Origin: Lama guanicoe
Lineage: Eukaryota
Direction of reading: 5' to 3'
Assembly: GCA_013239625.1 (NCBI GenBank)
Contig: MU054323.1
Span: 16,186,029-16,250,028, forward strand
DNA: 64,000 nucleotides
Shown: one piece after another, positions 9,870-21,076 of the stretch
Layout: each line of letters starts with the position of its first letter
Position numbering within the stretch: position 1 is the first letter of the stretch
Program-made: the position numbers and the translations under genes
The notes under the pieces: generated by a model
Seen by the model: only the letters and a program-made list of their open reading frames with translations
Database searches by the model: none
What the model was told of the DNA's origin: nothing

Positions 9870-10273
9870 TAGTAGCAGATACAGAGATGTACTGTTCAGA
9901 TCCCTTTCAGTGAAGGACTCTGTTCCAGCTGTTGGAGTGCTGTTGGCTGACAGCCTCTAGCTGTCAGGTCTTTTGGCTGCAGATTGCTGCTTGTAGGAAG
10001 TCACCCCATTGAGGTGAGGGTATAAAGTTCCAGCCATTTTTGCTCACTTTGGGACAACTCTGACAGTCACTTCAGCTCCAGGGCTCTCCACAGGGTTGGG
10101 TGAGGCTGTGGGGTGAGGGTGGAGGGTTACTTCCCTGCCGACTCTTCCCTCTGCCTGGTCCTATTCCTCCCTCCCCTCCCACAGGGGTTTGTCCCAAGGA
10201 CACTCCCTAATACACATCCTGAATGCTAAACCCTGTCTCAGAGTCCACTTCCTGTAGATCCCAAACTGCAACA
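9870..10273 (+). mobile_element. Ancient ERVL solo LTR (LTR16-like)
   Basis: Characteristic 3' end 'cactccctaatacacatcctg...tctcagagtccacttcctg...cccaaactgcaaca'; start approximate. Confidence 0.6.
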
Positions 10274-11441
10274 GCATTTTATTGACTTAAATATAATCAA
10301 AACTGGAGAAAATTGGAGATCTCTAAGCAATGGAAGATAATCATCAAAATTATGTGTTAACATTTTAACTCATGCGTTTCTTTCTTTCTTATTTTGAATT
10401 GCTTATACTTAGCATATCATCTTTAACATTTTGTTTCATATAGGCTTGCTATTTCTACCTTCCCTTTCTTATAGAAATCATGTTGTGGAAAGATAAAAAG
10501 GTAATTGGGTAAGAAAAACAACCATGCTGTTTCTTACCCAGCCACTCAGAAAACCCACTAATTCAAGTTTGGTCTAAGCAGCAAAAGAGAAAATATATTG
10601 GGAGTTGTGATAGCAGTTTTGTCCTCAGTATACACCAACAGAAAGTTCTGAGGTGCTCCGATTATCAGAAGAACTGTCCATGGATGTTCTAAAGAAGCTC
10701 TTTAACTTTCTTTGAGCCTGAAGATTTAAATTGTCACAAAACTCTCAGACATGAATAAGATTAGTAATTTTGAAGATCAGGGAAGTAGATACTTCCACCC
10801 TGTCTTCCCCTGTAGCTCCAGAGGAGGGCAGACAGTATATTCCCAGGTCAGCCCTCTCCCGTTTTAAACTCACTCTGACAGCCAAGCTCAAGAAGATAGA
10901 GTGGGTGAGCCTTCTGGCAGGCTCCATTACCTTCAGACCTTTGCTCTCTGTGAAACACGTCTGTTTCAGTGTCCTTGTTTTGATTTTTTTCTGGGATCTA
11001 TATGTTACCAGGAGATGGATGACTCAGGGCAGCCCACACCCTGATCCTCACTGTGGAAGAAAAAGAGGAAGGTGAAATAATTGTCCTGACAATTTAGACT
11101 AGAAACCTACAGATAAAACTGAGATACTGTTTTGTTTCTAAGATTATCTCCGTAACAGTGATCTTTGATGTTACGAAGTAAATACAGTCGTATTTAGCTT
11201 TTCCTATTGGGTATGGATTGGAGGAGATGGCTGCCTAAACAGCCACTGTGAACATTCTAGATCTTACTTATTTCAGAAAATTACTTCAACCACACTTCTC
11301 AGTTTGGAAGTATTAGTCTGTCCCCTACAAAGCAAGGTAACTATTTGTAAGGAAAAAAAAGGGGGGGGGGGAGAAGATATGATGAGCTCTTATAAAGGAA
11401 ATACTTTAAGGGTTCCAATTCAGGCTTTGTTCAGGGGATAC

Positions 11442-11562
11442 CAGTTTCTTCATCTGTAAAATGGGATTAATACTTACTTCAAATGGTTATGAAGATTAAA
11501 TACAGGAACATCGGGAAAGCACCTAGGACAGTGGCTGGTACAGAAGTATTCGGTAAATGTTG
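11442..11562 (+). mobile_element. MIR fragment in QPCT upstream region
   Basis: Core 'cagtttcttcatctgtaaaatgggat...gaagattaaat...agcacctaggacagtggctggtacag'. Confidence 0.75.
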
Positions 11563-11789
11563 GTCCCTGTCCATTCGCTTTTAATGAGCTACGGGAAAAC
11601 ACTTAAAAACCCCACAGGGTCTCATGAACCCTCCCTCCCCTTTCTATGCCCAGTCATGGCATTGGACATCATAAAAATGCTTCTTCCATGTCTTTTCCCT
11701 CCTTCCTTTCTTCCTCACCTAGACAAGAAAGTGGTCGTCTCTGTTCCCATGGATTCGGAGGCTTGTGCCTCCCAGGACAGCTAAGGTAG

Positions 11790-12545
11790 GGGGTGGGGTG
11801 GAGAGAGCCAGGGCTACGGCCTGCGCAGCGCAGTGGGGAGGCGACCAGGAGACGATGGGGAGGCGGGCGCAGTCGACCCAAGGGTGGAGACGGGGGAAGG
11901 CGAAGGACGCGCGTTCCCGAGCTCGTGACCGCCGGCAGCTCTGGGAACCCGCGCCCAGACAGCTCAGGAGAGATGGCAGGCGGCGGGGACCGGCGCGTCC
12001 TGGGCACTCTCCACCTGCTGCTGCTGGTAACCGCCCTGCCCCTGGCGGCTTGGGGGATCAGTCGGGGCGCGGCAGCCTGGACACAGGAGAAGGTGAGTAG
12101 CTGCTGCTGCGTGATTGTACACGGGCGGCTCTTGCGGAGTCCCGCAAGCCCCACCGAGGCAGGATGGGAGGCGGGGCAGAGCCCGGGGCCCCGGCGTCCG
12201 GAGAAGTCGGAGCTCTGCGTCCTCGCCTGGGGGCCTCGCTGGCCGCGGGGCTGCTTTGGGAACGCCACGGGAGCTGGGTGATGTCACCAGCCTCCCCTCG
12301 GCTGCGGTCTGATGTGGGTACCGATAGGCACAGGAAGTGTGACTCGCTGGCGGTGGCCGCGCGCGGAGGTGAAGGCGCATCGCAGCGCCACCGCCCTTTC
12401 GGGACACGCGAGGCCGGCGGTCTCTGCGCTCCGGGTCGCCAGGGTGCGGGGCGCGCTTGGGGGTGTGCCCACGGCTCCTTCGCCGCGGCATCCACGGAAG
12501 TCCTCGCGACGTTGAAGTTTCCATGCTGTCTCGGCACGGACGTGT
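11790..12545 (+). promoter_or_regulatory. CpG island / TATA-less QPCT promoter and exon 1 region
   Basis: Abrupt GC- and CpG-rich segment in otherwise CpG-poor DNA; GC-box-like motifs; spans exon 1. Confidence 0.9.
11973..12092 (+). CDS. QPCT: Glutaminyl-peptide cyclotransferase exon 1 (signal peptide, aa 1-40)
   Basis: MAGGGDRRVLGTLHLLLLVTALPLAAWGISRGAAAWTQEK; start context gagATGG; donor AAG/gtgagt. Confidence 0.95.
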
Positions 12546-12833
12546 ATTACTATTGGTCTCTTTTAGATTTTTAAGTGGATCATCTCCGAATGAAGGAGCT
12601 TAACTGGAGACCCGATTTACTTTAAAATATTTTTTTTCCTTAAAAGAGTAAAATGCAATTGTCAGATAAATGTATCGAGTTGTAGGTGAAGATTTTACCT
12701 AAGGAACTTAACGGTAAAAGTGGTTTGCAAGTTCCGTCTTTGTGAAGTATTTACAATAATTTCCTTTTTGTGTGTGACAGTTTTGAAATCCTGAAATTGC
12801 TAGGGACTTAAGCAAAAGTTAATAGTATTGGAC

Positions 12834-12995
12834 TAAAATGGTAATATACTTTTCAAGATACTAAGAAAAGCAGCAAAGTAAAGGGGAGTAAAATGGTAAT
12901 ATACTTTTCAAGATACTAAGAAAAGCAGCAAAGTAAAGGGGAGTAAAATGGTAATATACTTTTCAAGATACTAAGAAAAGCAGCAAAGTAAAGGG
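12834..12995. repeat. Perfect 55-bp tandem repeat, about 3 copies
   Basis: Unit taaaatggtaatatacttttcaagatactaagaaaagcagcaaagtaaaggggag starts at 12834, 12889 and 12944. Confidence 0.97.
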
Positions 12996-15900
12996 TTGTA
13001 AATTTCACAATGTTGTTGAACAGATCTTTTAAACGCTTACAGCCTGCCACAGTATTGACTCACAGGTTTAAAATACAGGACACTCTGTGAATGCACAGGC
13101 CCTCTGTTGACCCACATGCTCATCCTCCCCAGCCACAGACATATGTATATGAATGGCCCATTTCAGTTCTCTGAGCTATACTTAAGCTTCACCATTCAAG
13201 GGCCACAACATACCCACTTACACATGGACACCACCAGCCGTAGGGAACCTGATGAGAATGAGGAAGTCAACTCAAGAATAACTTCATTATAAGAAAAATT
13301 TCCCGTTGGGGTTCAGCAGGAGTGATGTCCATTAAGAAACAGAGTTATAAACTTAATCTTCTCCTTTACTCCATCATGAGTAACTTCCTAGCCAGAAATG
13401 GGAATGGGGCATTAACTACCAGAATGTGGAGCTATGCCAAATGTCTTTATGATACATGGAAATGGATGGGAATAAGTAAAGTAGGGACTGTTTGAAGGAG
13501 GGATCGTTTACAGGCAGGATTAATTTGTGGGTGGGAGAAGGTGCTGGATTCTCACAATGTTTTAAATTAATGAGACTCTAACTTTTGAGACTTGTCTTTT
13601 AAAGCAGGGATCCCTTTTATATTTAAGAACAGTGATTTAATATTCTAATCACTATTCTGTTGGGAAACTGTATCCTTTCATATGGTGCAAGCAAATGAGG
13701 CAGGTGACAAAATTAGCCAGATTAGTTAGAGGGGGCCTTACTCTCCAAGTTTTCATAAAGTCTTCCAGGTGGTCAGCACAGTTTGCAGCCTTGGAGGTTA
13801 ATTAATCCACATTAAAATACATGCCTTCCCGTACTACCTGGCATTTAGCTATTTTAATCGTGTAAGGTGTGCCCTTGGTACACTGGTCTGCTGGAAAGGT
13901 CAGGGGTGGTAAAAGATGAATTTTGAAATCCATTTTCTTTGCTTTGAAATAAAGGTATGCCTCTTCCAGTGGGATCTAATATGTAAAAACAGTTCAACTC
14001 TAGCTTATGGTAGTGTTCAGAAGACTGTGATTTGCTTATTTGAAACCTGTAAATAGTTTTTCCATAAAAGCAATATTTTCAGTTGTTAGATTCACAGGTG
14101 GGCCCACAGGTGTATATTTAGGAGCATTGGCATCGGGGTACCAGGTATTCTCTATAAAACCATCTCACTTGAACCTCACAGTGCCCCTGTGAGGAGGGTA
14201 CATTCATATCCAACTTACAGATGAGGAAACTTGACCATGATTACAGTAGAAAATCATCTTTCCTTAAACTCCCTTTATTGTTGGATATTTAGGTTGTTTC
14301 CAGACTTTGTCTATCGTAAAACCAGGACCCAATGTATTTTAATTAGTAGAATTTTCCTTTATTATAACTAAGGCAAAGTAGAAAAATTCAAGTCACATTG
14401 AGGATAAAGGGGCAGATTTTTTGAAAAGAGGATCCTTGCACAGGAGAGTTGGCCAAATCTAGGAGTCCTCCTCCAGGGTAGTTCTGTAAGACAGTTACTG
14501 TTCTCTCTAGCATTTCACGTTCTTCTGCTTTCTGGAGCCACATATGTTCTAAAAGTCCTTAGGGTTCCCCTCCTCCATGGTTCTAAAAGTCCTTGGCTAT
14601 CCACCTCTCTACCCATCGTGATTCTTATGAATCATGAAGCAGCGATGGAGACCCCAAGGCAAGAACAGGGAGCCAGTGGTAGGCCGCGTGTTGGTAGAGG
14701 GATAAAGAAAATGTGCCATTTTGAGCTTCTTCCAACAGGTTAAGTACTATGACATCCATTACACAGATAAGGACACTTTTCTGGGTCACAGCTAGTAAGT
14801 GAGGTAGCTAGGATTTGGCCATAAATTGTTTTCAAGGCCTGCACTATGTTACTTTTAGATAGAAAGCTGCTAGCATTTTAAGTCAGAACTTTATCTTATT
14901 TAGTTCCCAACTGTTCCACAACTGCATTTGTAATGTCAGTGGCATCGAACACAGAAGGAGTTCAGTAAATGCTGGCTGGGTTGAATTCGCAGTAGACACA
15001 GGTATTAATCTGAGTATTGTCTGGGAGATGCTCATATGGAATAGAAGCTGAAATTGAATTGGCTGTGCTTCTGTAATGATTGCCCTTGAATTCAATGATT
15101 TGGGACTTCAAATCCCTCTGCAAGCTGGGTCAGCTCTACAAATTATGTAATTAAACCCCTCTTGGGTTTGGCACCATGTGATTAGTCCAGAGGAGATGCT
15201 GTAGGATATCTGGTTCATACTTTTTTTTAGTGGAGAGATTCTTGTCACCTGAAGCAGACTTATTGTCCTTTCTGCCTGGATGAAAAGACAAAGCAGGGGC
15301 TGTAATAGAGACTCATTCCTCTGAGAATGCCTGTACCAGTAGAAAATTGTCTACATGCTTTTTAACTGAAATAAACCTAGAATAATTTGGGGTTGTCATT
15401 TAACATTGGGCTACACAGTTTTTGCCTCATTTTCTGTCCTCATGCCCAGCCCGCATATCTTTCCAGGTTTCTGCTCTTATTCCTTCTTCTCATCTCCATA
15501 TAGATAGTTGTATGTTTTGAGTTCTGAGAGTCAGCCTCCATAAAAATTGAATGGTTGCCATTTAGGTTGGAAAAATCAAATACTTCTCCATACAGGGCTT
15601 TAATGAGGAGAAAGGCTTAAGTAATTAATGGAGTGTGGCTTTTTCCCTCTCTGTGTCCTTCACTGATTGGGAAGCTTTTAATCTCTGTGACTTCATAGGG
15701 GCATCTTCATTCCCAGAGGGGCAGGAAGAGGAAGGCTCTTTACTGAAGTATATTAATTAAATAGGCGAGCCCAGGAGATTGAGGATCAACACAGGTAAGC
15801 CTGTATTCAGGAGCACTACTGGGCCTGTCTGATGAGCTTACCCTTTATTCATCAATTAAGTGTTTTTTGGTGCTATTTGTCGACTATGTTTCGTCCACGA

Positions 15901-17289
15901 TGACTGTTACATGTAGAAATGCTGGAGGGTTATTTATTTTGTTCCCGTTTTTTCTTAAATCTTTTAAGAACTCTTTCAAGCCTCTATAAATTGGCCATTT
16001 AAACATCAGCTTGATTTCCTTTCACTGTGAGTGAAGGACAACAGGGACGAAGTAGGTTCTAGGATAGAGTAATGGACAGTAAATAGGAAAGGAGCCCTTG
16101 GTCAAACAATCTTTGACACGATAGTTCTTGACTGTCACAGTGACTGCCCTGGGCCAACCCAACTCTTCAGTCATCACAAGCATCAACTCTCAGAAATTTA
16201 AAAAGAATAAAGCCCACCAGCATTGAACCACGGCACTTCCTGGCCCTTTGCAGCAGGCAGACGCTTGTCTTTCCTGCTTTTATAATTTCTGTGCATTCAA
16301 CTGATTTCATATTTCTGATGTCACACATGCCCGTTTTACTTATTATTATGTAAACATCATCTTAGTGAAGTTTGCTGTAGAAAGATCATTCATCTGTCAA
16401 TTCTTTATTTGATGAATTCATCCAATATTTGTTGAGTGTGCCAAATGAGCCGGGCACTGTGTGGCTCTGGGAGAGAGGGGAAAATAAGAGAGTTCTTGTC
16501 CTCCTGGAGTTGACATCTTGCATGAAATCAGACCTTAAACAAACAAACACACAAGGCCTCTAAGCTACATCTTGAAGTTAGCAGGAGTTAGCCAGCTGAG
16601 GAGGAAGAGGAAGGCCTTCAAGGTAGAAGGCACCACACTGCAAAGGCCCCAGGAGGGCTGAGCCCCACACTGCTTTGGGGCCTGGAAGGATGCCAGGGTG
16701 ACTGAAGCACGGTGAGCTGGGGCGAGTGGCCTTGCATGGGGCTGGTGAGGCAGCAGTAGAGACCAGAGGCTCTTGTTGGCTGGGTTAAGCAATAATTAAC
16801 CATCTAAGTCTTCTGACTTCTTGCCTCCATTTTCTTTTTTTTCACTTCTCAAATCTCTACTGTTTTGTCTTTTAGCTCCCTCTTTCTTCTCAAAGTGCTG
16901 CTTGAGAGTTAACACGAGGACTTAGATCCTGGAGGTACCAAGGAATTTAAAGGCTGCAGCAACAAATTTATTAAGGAAATATATTTAAAATGTATTGCCA
17001 GTAAATAAACACAAACTGTATGCTGTTTAGGCACAGCATCAATATTTGGGAGTGCCCTGGAAGTGCATGGATTACGCAGGGAGGCAGAGTAGAGCCAGCA
17101 CGGGTTTGGGAACTACAGAACCAAGATCTTTTCTCAGACTTACCTGTAAGTCTCCTACGACACTGGGAAACTCAGCTGGTTTCTATGACCCTCAGCTTCC
17201 ACTGACATAAATCAAGGAGGTTCAGTTATAACCATCTCTAAGTGGCCTTTCCAGCTCGAAACTCTATAGCTCTTTAGAGTTCGATGGAC

Positions 17290-17530
17290 AGTAACAGAAC
17301 TAATAAAACTTACTGAATATTTACTGAGGCAATTTACATATATTAGCTCACTTAATTATAATTACCCTAGGAAGCAAGTGTTATTACTTCCTTTTTACAG
17401 ATGAGGAAATTAAGCCTTAACAAGGTTAAGTAACCTGGCCAGAGTTACAGCTAGTAAATGGTGGAAGTTGAGTTGAGCAGCTGAGTTAAAAGGGGTCTGT
17501 CTGAACTCACAGCTCATGCTCTTTGCATGA
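17290..17530 (-). mobile_element. MIR
   Basis: 'ttttacagatgaggaaattaagcctt...ggttaagtaacctggccagagttacagctagtaaatgg'. Confidence 0.75.
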
Positions 17531-18078
17531 TAATACTGGAGAGTAACGCTGAGGCGTATCCAAGTACAGATGAGTGTAAGTAATTAGCAGTAAGCATTCT
17601 CTAATTCCACAGTTTCTCAAATGATAACTTAGACATATTCAACATACAGTGGTTTTGGAAAGAGCTATAAAGTAGACAGGGCTTACCCTGTCCTGTTTTG
17701 CATTCTAAAGAATTTCTGTTACATCATCATCCCCCTTAGGGAAGAAATCATCTGATCAACGACTCACTTCCCAGTGGGCAGGAGTAACACATTCCATCAT
17801 CAAGTGCCTGAGAAACATGTAATGAATGGATGATTCAACATTACTAGTATCATAAAAAAATACAGCATGTGTAAAGTAATATCCAAAATACAAATTTGAA
17901 TGTTATGTTTATTTAGCTACTTAAATTAAGGTTCACTTAGTTAATATATAAGTATACCAAAGAGTGTGAGCATTAGTAGAATATTAAAATAATTTTAACT
18001 GGAGATAAAAAGTGTGCTATTTACTGGGGTACAGAATCATCAAGCTCTGGCTGAAAGGAACTGCAAATCATCTAAGTT

Positions 18079-18385
18079 AGAGCTGTTCAATAGAAATATA
18101 TAATGAGAAGCACATAGGTGATTTAAAATTTTTTAGTAACTCCATTAAAAAAGTCAAAGGCAATCGGTGGAATTAATTTTAATACTATATTTAACTCAAT
18201 ATCAAAAATTATAATTTCAACATGTAATCACTATAAAAAATTATTGAGATATTTTACTTTTTTTTTATACTAAGTCTTGGAAATTCATATGTGTATTACA
18301 CTTAAAGCACACCTCCTTTTGAGGAGCTACTTTCTGAGAGCTTAATAGTCCCCTGTGGCTAGTGGCTACCAGATTGGGCAGTGCA
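18079..18385. mobile_element. MER33/MER3-like hAT non-autonomous element
   Basis: 'gctgttcaatagaaatata...tttcaacatgtaatcactataaaaaattattgagat...gtggctagtggctaccagattgggcagtgcag'. Confidence 0.75.
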
Positions 18386-18932
18386 GATCTAACTGAAATT
18401 ACTTTATTAGTATTTTGAGGGTAATAAGAAGTTAAGGGACCTATCCAAGGTCATACAGCCTATAAATAGCAGCTGAAAACTTTGAATCCAGCTTTTTTCA
18501 CCCCAAGAGTATGCTTCTTCTGTAATATCACCCTGGCTTTTATCAAGCAATTATGCTAACAAAGTATATTGTTTTCTTGGCTGTAGTTTTTGAAATACTG
18601 AGTTTTATTAAGACTAGGATATCCACAACTGGTATTTTTAAACCTTAGTCTTACAAAGCAATTGTTCCAAAATTATTACACAGGATATAAGTGTTAACTA
18701 TTAATTCTCAGGTTCAAAGCATGACCTTAATTCTGTTTTAAAAACAAGCTGCCAAAACAATTAGTTTAACTTCTAGATCTAAGGGGCTAAATTTTAAAGT
18801 TGAGCGGCTTCATTTATTTTGCGTCATCTAAGAGCTATCGCTTTATTTTGTGGTTCAAAGCGAATATTTCACAATCACAAATGTCTCAGGGTAAGTAAGT
18901 CTTCAACATATTATGAAATGATAGCCAGTTAA

Positions 18933-19178
<246 letters not shown>

Positions 19179-19618
19179 TGAGTTGTCTAAAATTCAGATC
19201 TGTCATCTCATCTCATTCTTCACCAGAATAAGCAACCTAAAAAAACCAAACAACTGAGAGTAAATATCTGTTCTGAATTAAGAGGTGCACGTTAACCTAA
19301 ACCAATTTATGTGTCAAGTCTCTGTCTGGCCTACAAGTTCAGACAAGGTACTAAGTACTCAACTCTTCATCATTTCTCTAACACACCCCCAGGCACCCAA
19401 CCGTGTTTTCCTGGACCCTCAACACCCAGTTATCAACAGAATTGGGCAGTCCTTGCTTAACAGTTCTGGGTCAAGAGTGAGTTACTGTATTTACAGGCAT
19501 TCAGTTCCCTTTGGAAAATTGTTTTCTTCCTAGAAGGAGAGTCAAGAACAGTGATAAGTTACTTTCTCCAGTGCAGTGCTTCTTATACTTCTGACTCTGA
19601 TGTAAGGTTAAAAAAAAT

Positions 19619-19680
19619 TATATATATATATATATATATACACACACAGACACACACAAATATACACACACATATATTTT
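19619..19680. repeat. (TA)n(CA)n compound microsatellite
   Basis: Directly visible. Confidence 0.9.
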
Positions 19681-20948
19681 ATATTTTATACACAGAAACC
19701 TAAAGATAGATTTAACTGATCCAGAAGTTTCATGAAAAATACTCCTATTACCTGCAATCTACTCTGATATTGTTAACTCTATTTTACTAGTTTTTTTTTT
19801 TTTAAACTGGTCATGACCCACTAAGCTGATTTCAAGACCCACTGATTTTACCAGTTTGGAAAAGACTGCTATACAGGGTATATTAAGCCATGAAGTAGGC
19901 TAGACCTTGAATGTCTCTGCCTCCTTAGTGACAGTCTTCTTAAGCAATCTCAAACCCCATCTCTGAATGATGTTTTTTCCCAAACAAGCTCCATTTCAAG
20001 GAGCAGCTTGGGAAGGGACTGGGAGAGACTGGCCTCTCATATCCTTCTCTGAGACATCTCCACTTGCCTAACTCTTCAGGCAAACACCTTGGCCCCCCAC
20101 TGCTGGCACAGAGCGACACCTGAGAGGCCCACCAGCACAGATGTTGCGCTCTTCCTTTCTACCCAGTATAAGGTTTCTGCTTCTCAAGTTTAGCCCAGAC
20201 ACCATTGTCTGTTGCCCCATTAGCCTCCTGTCTTCCATCCAAACAGCTTCTACGTCTCCTAAGGAATTCAGTGGTGGAAACCCAAAGGCACTTTAGTTCT
20301 TTTTAAGCTTTAGGCCGAGTGAGGAATTGTGATGATGATTGACTTTCATCAAGCACTTTTTTCAGGTCAGGCACTTTATGGGGCTCTTTGCACAGATCAT
20401 CTTATTCAGTTCTCACGATAATGCCACCATGTGGGGACAATTATTTTTCCAGTGCTACACATTTTAAAAGACCTAAGGTTTAGGTATAGGAATTAACTTG
20501 CTCGAGATTATACACATGGTAGTGATGAGGCCAGAATCTGGACCCCGGTCTGCTTGACCCTCTATCTCCCAGTCACTGGAGAGCGGTGGCTGGGAGAGAC
20601 CAGCTCTGCAGTGTGTACTCACAAATGTCTCCAGCTCTGTGTCTTCTAGGCCCAAGTTGGAGAGTGAGGCGCATACCACTCATTTCAGTGATATCCCCTG
20701 GGTCTCATCTCCCAAGCATTTTTTTAAAAGAAGCTCAGGGAACTTACTGGATCTTTCCAAAACCCTCAGTTCCTGATTAGAAAAATACTAGGTCTATAGT
20801 GCTCACTCAGCCCCACCTTTTTCATTTCCCCATACCATTTGCTCAGAAGCCCAAATATGTACCCAGAAATATATATGCATACCTCAGACCTGAGGTTCCT
20901 TGCCTATGGCTTCTAAAAACCCATAAGCACAATGAATATTGCTATTTT

Positions 20949-21076
20949 TTTTTTTTGGTGGGGTGAAGTAACTAGGTTTATTTATTTATTTTTAGAGGAG
21001 TTACTGGGGATTGAACCCAGGACCTCATACATACCAAGCATGCAGTCTATCACTTGAGCTATACCCTCCCCTCCTA
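20949..21076 (-). mobile_element. tRNA-derived camelid-type SINE (vic-1-like) with TSD
   Basis: Minus-strand A box TAGCTCAAGTGA and B box GGTTCAATCCC, (AAAT)n and A tail; 15-bp TSD gaatattgctatttt at 20934-20948 and 21077-21091. Confidence 0.88.

Noticed and set aside
11669..12574. Many long overlapping ORFs on both strands
   Set aside because: Expected from stop-codon scarcity in a CpG island; only 11973-12092 matches QPCT and ends at a canonical donor
12834..12995. CRISPR-like array
   Set aside because: Head-to-tail repeats with no unique spacers, in a mammalian intron, with no cas genes
20949..21076. tRNA gene (also 42346-42443 and 61934-62056)
   Set aside because: A and B boxes are present, but tails, TSD and divergent copies identify tRNA-derived SINEs
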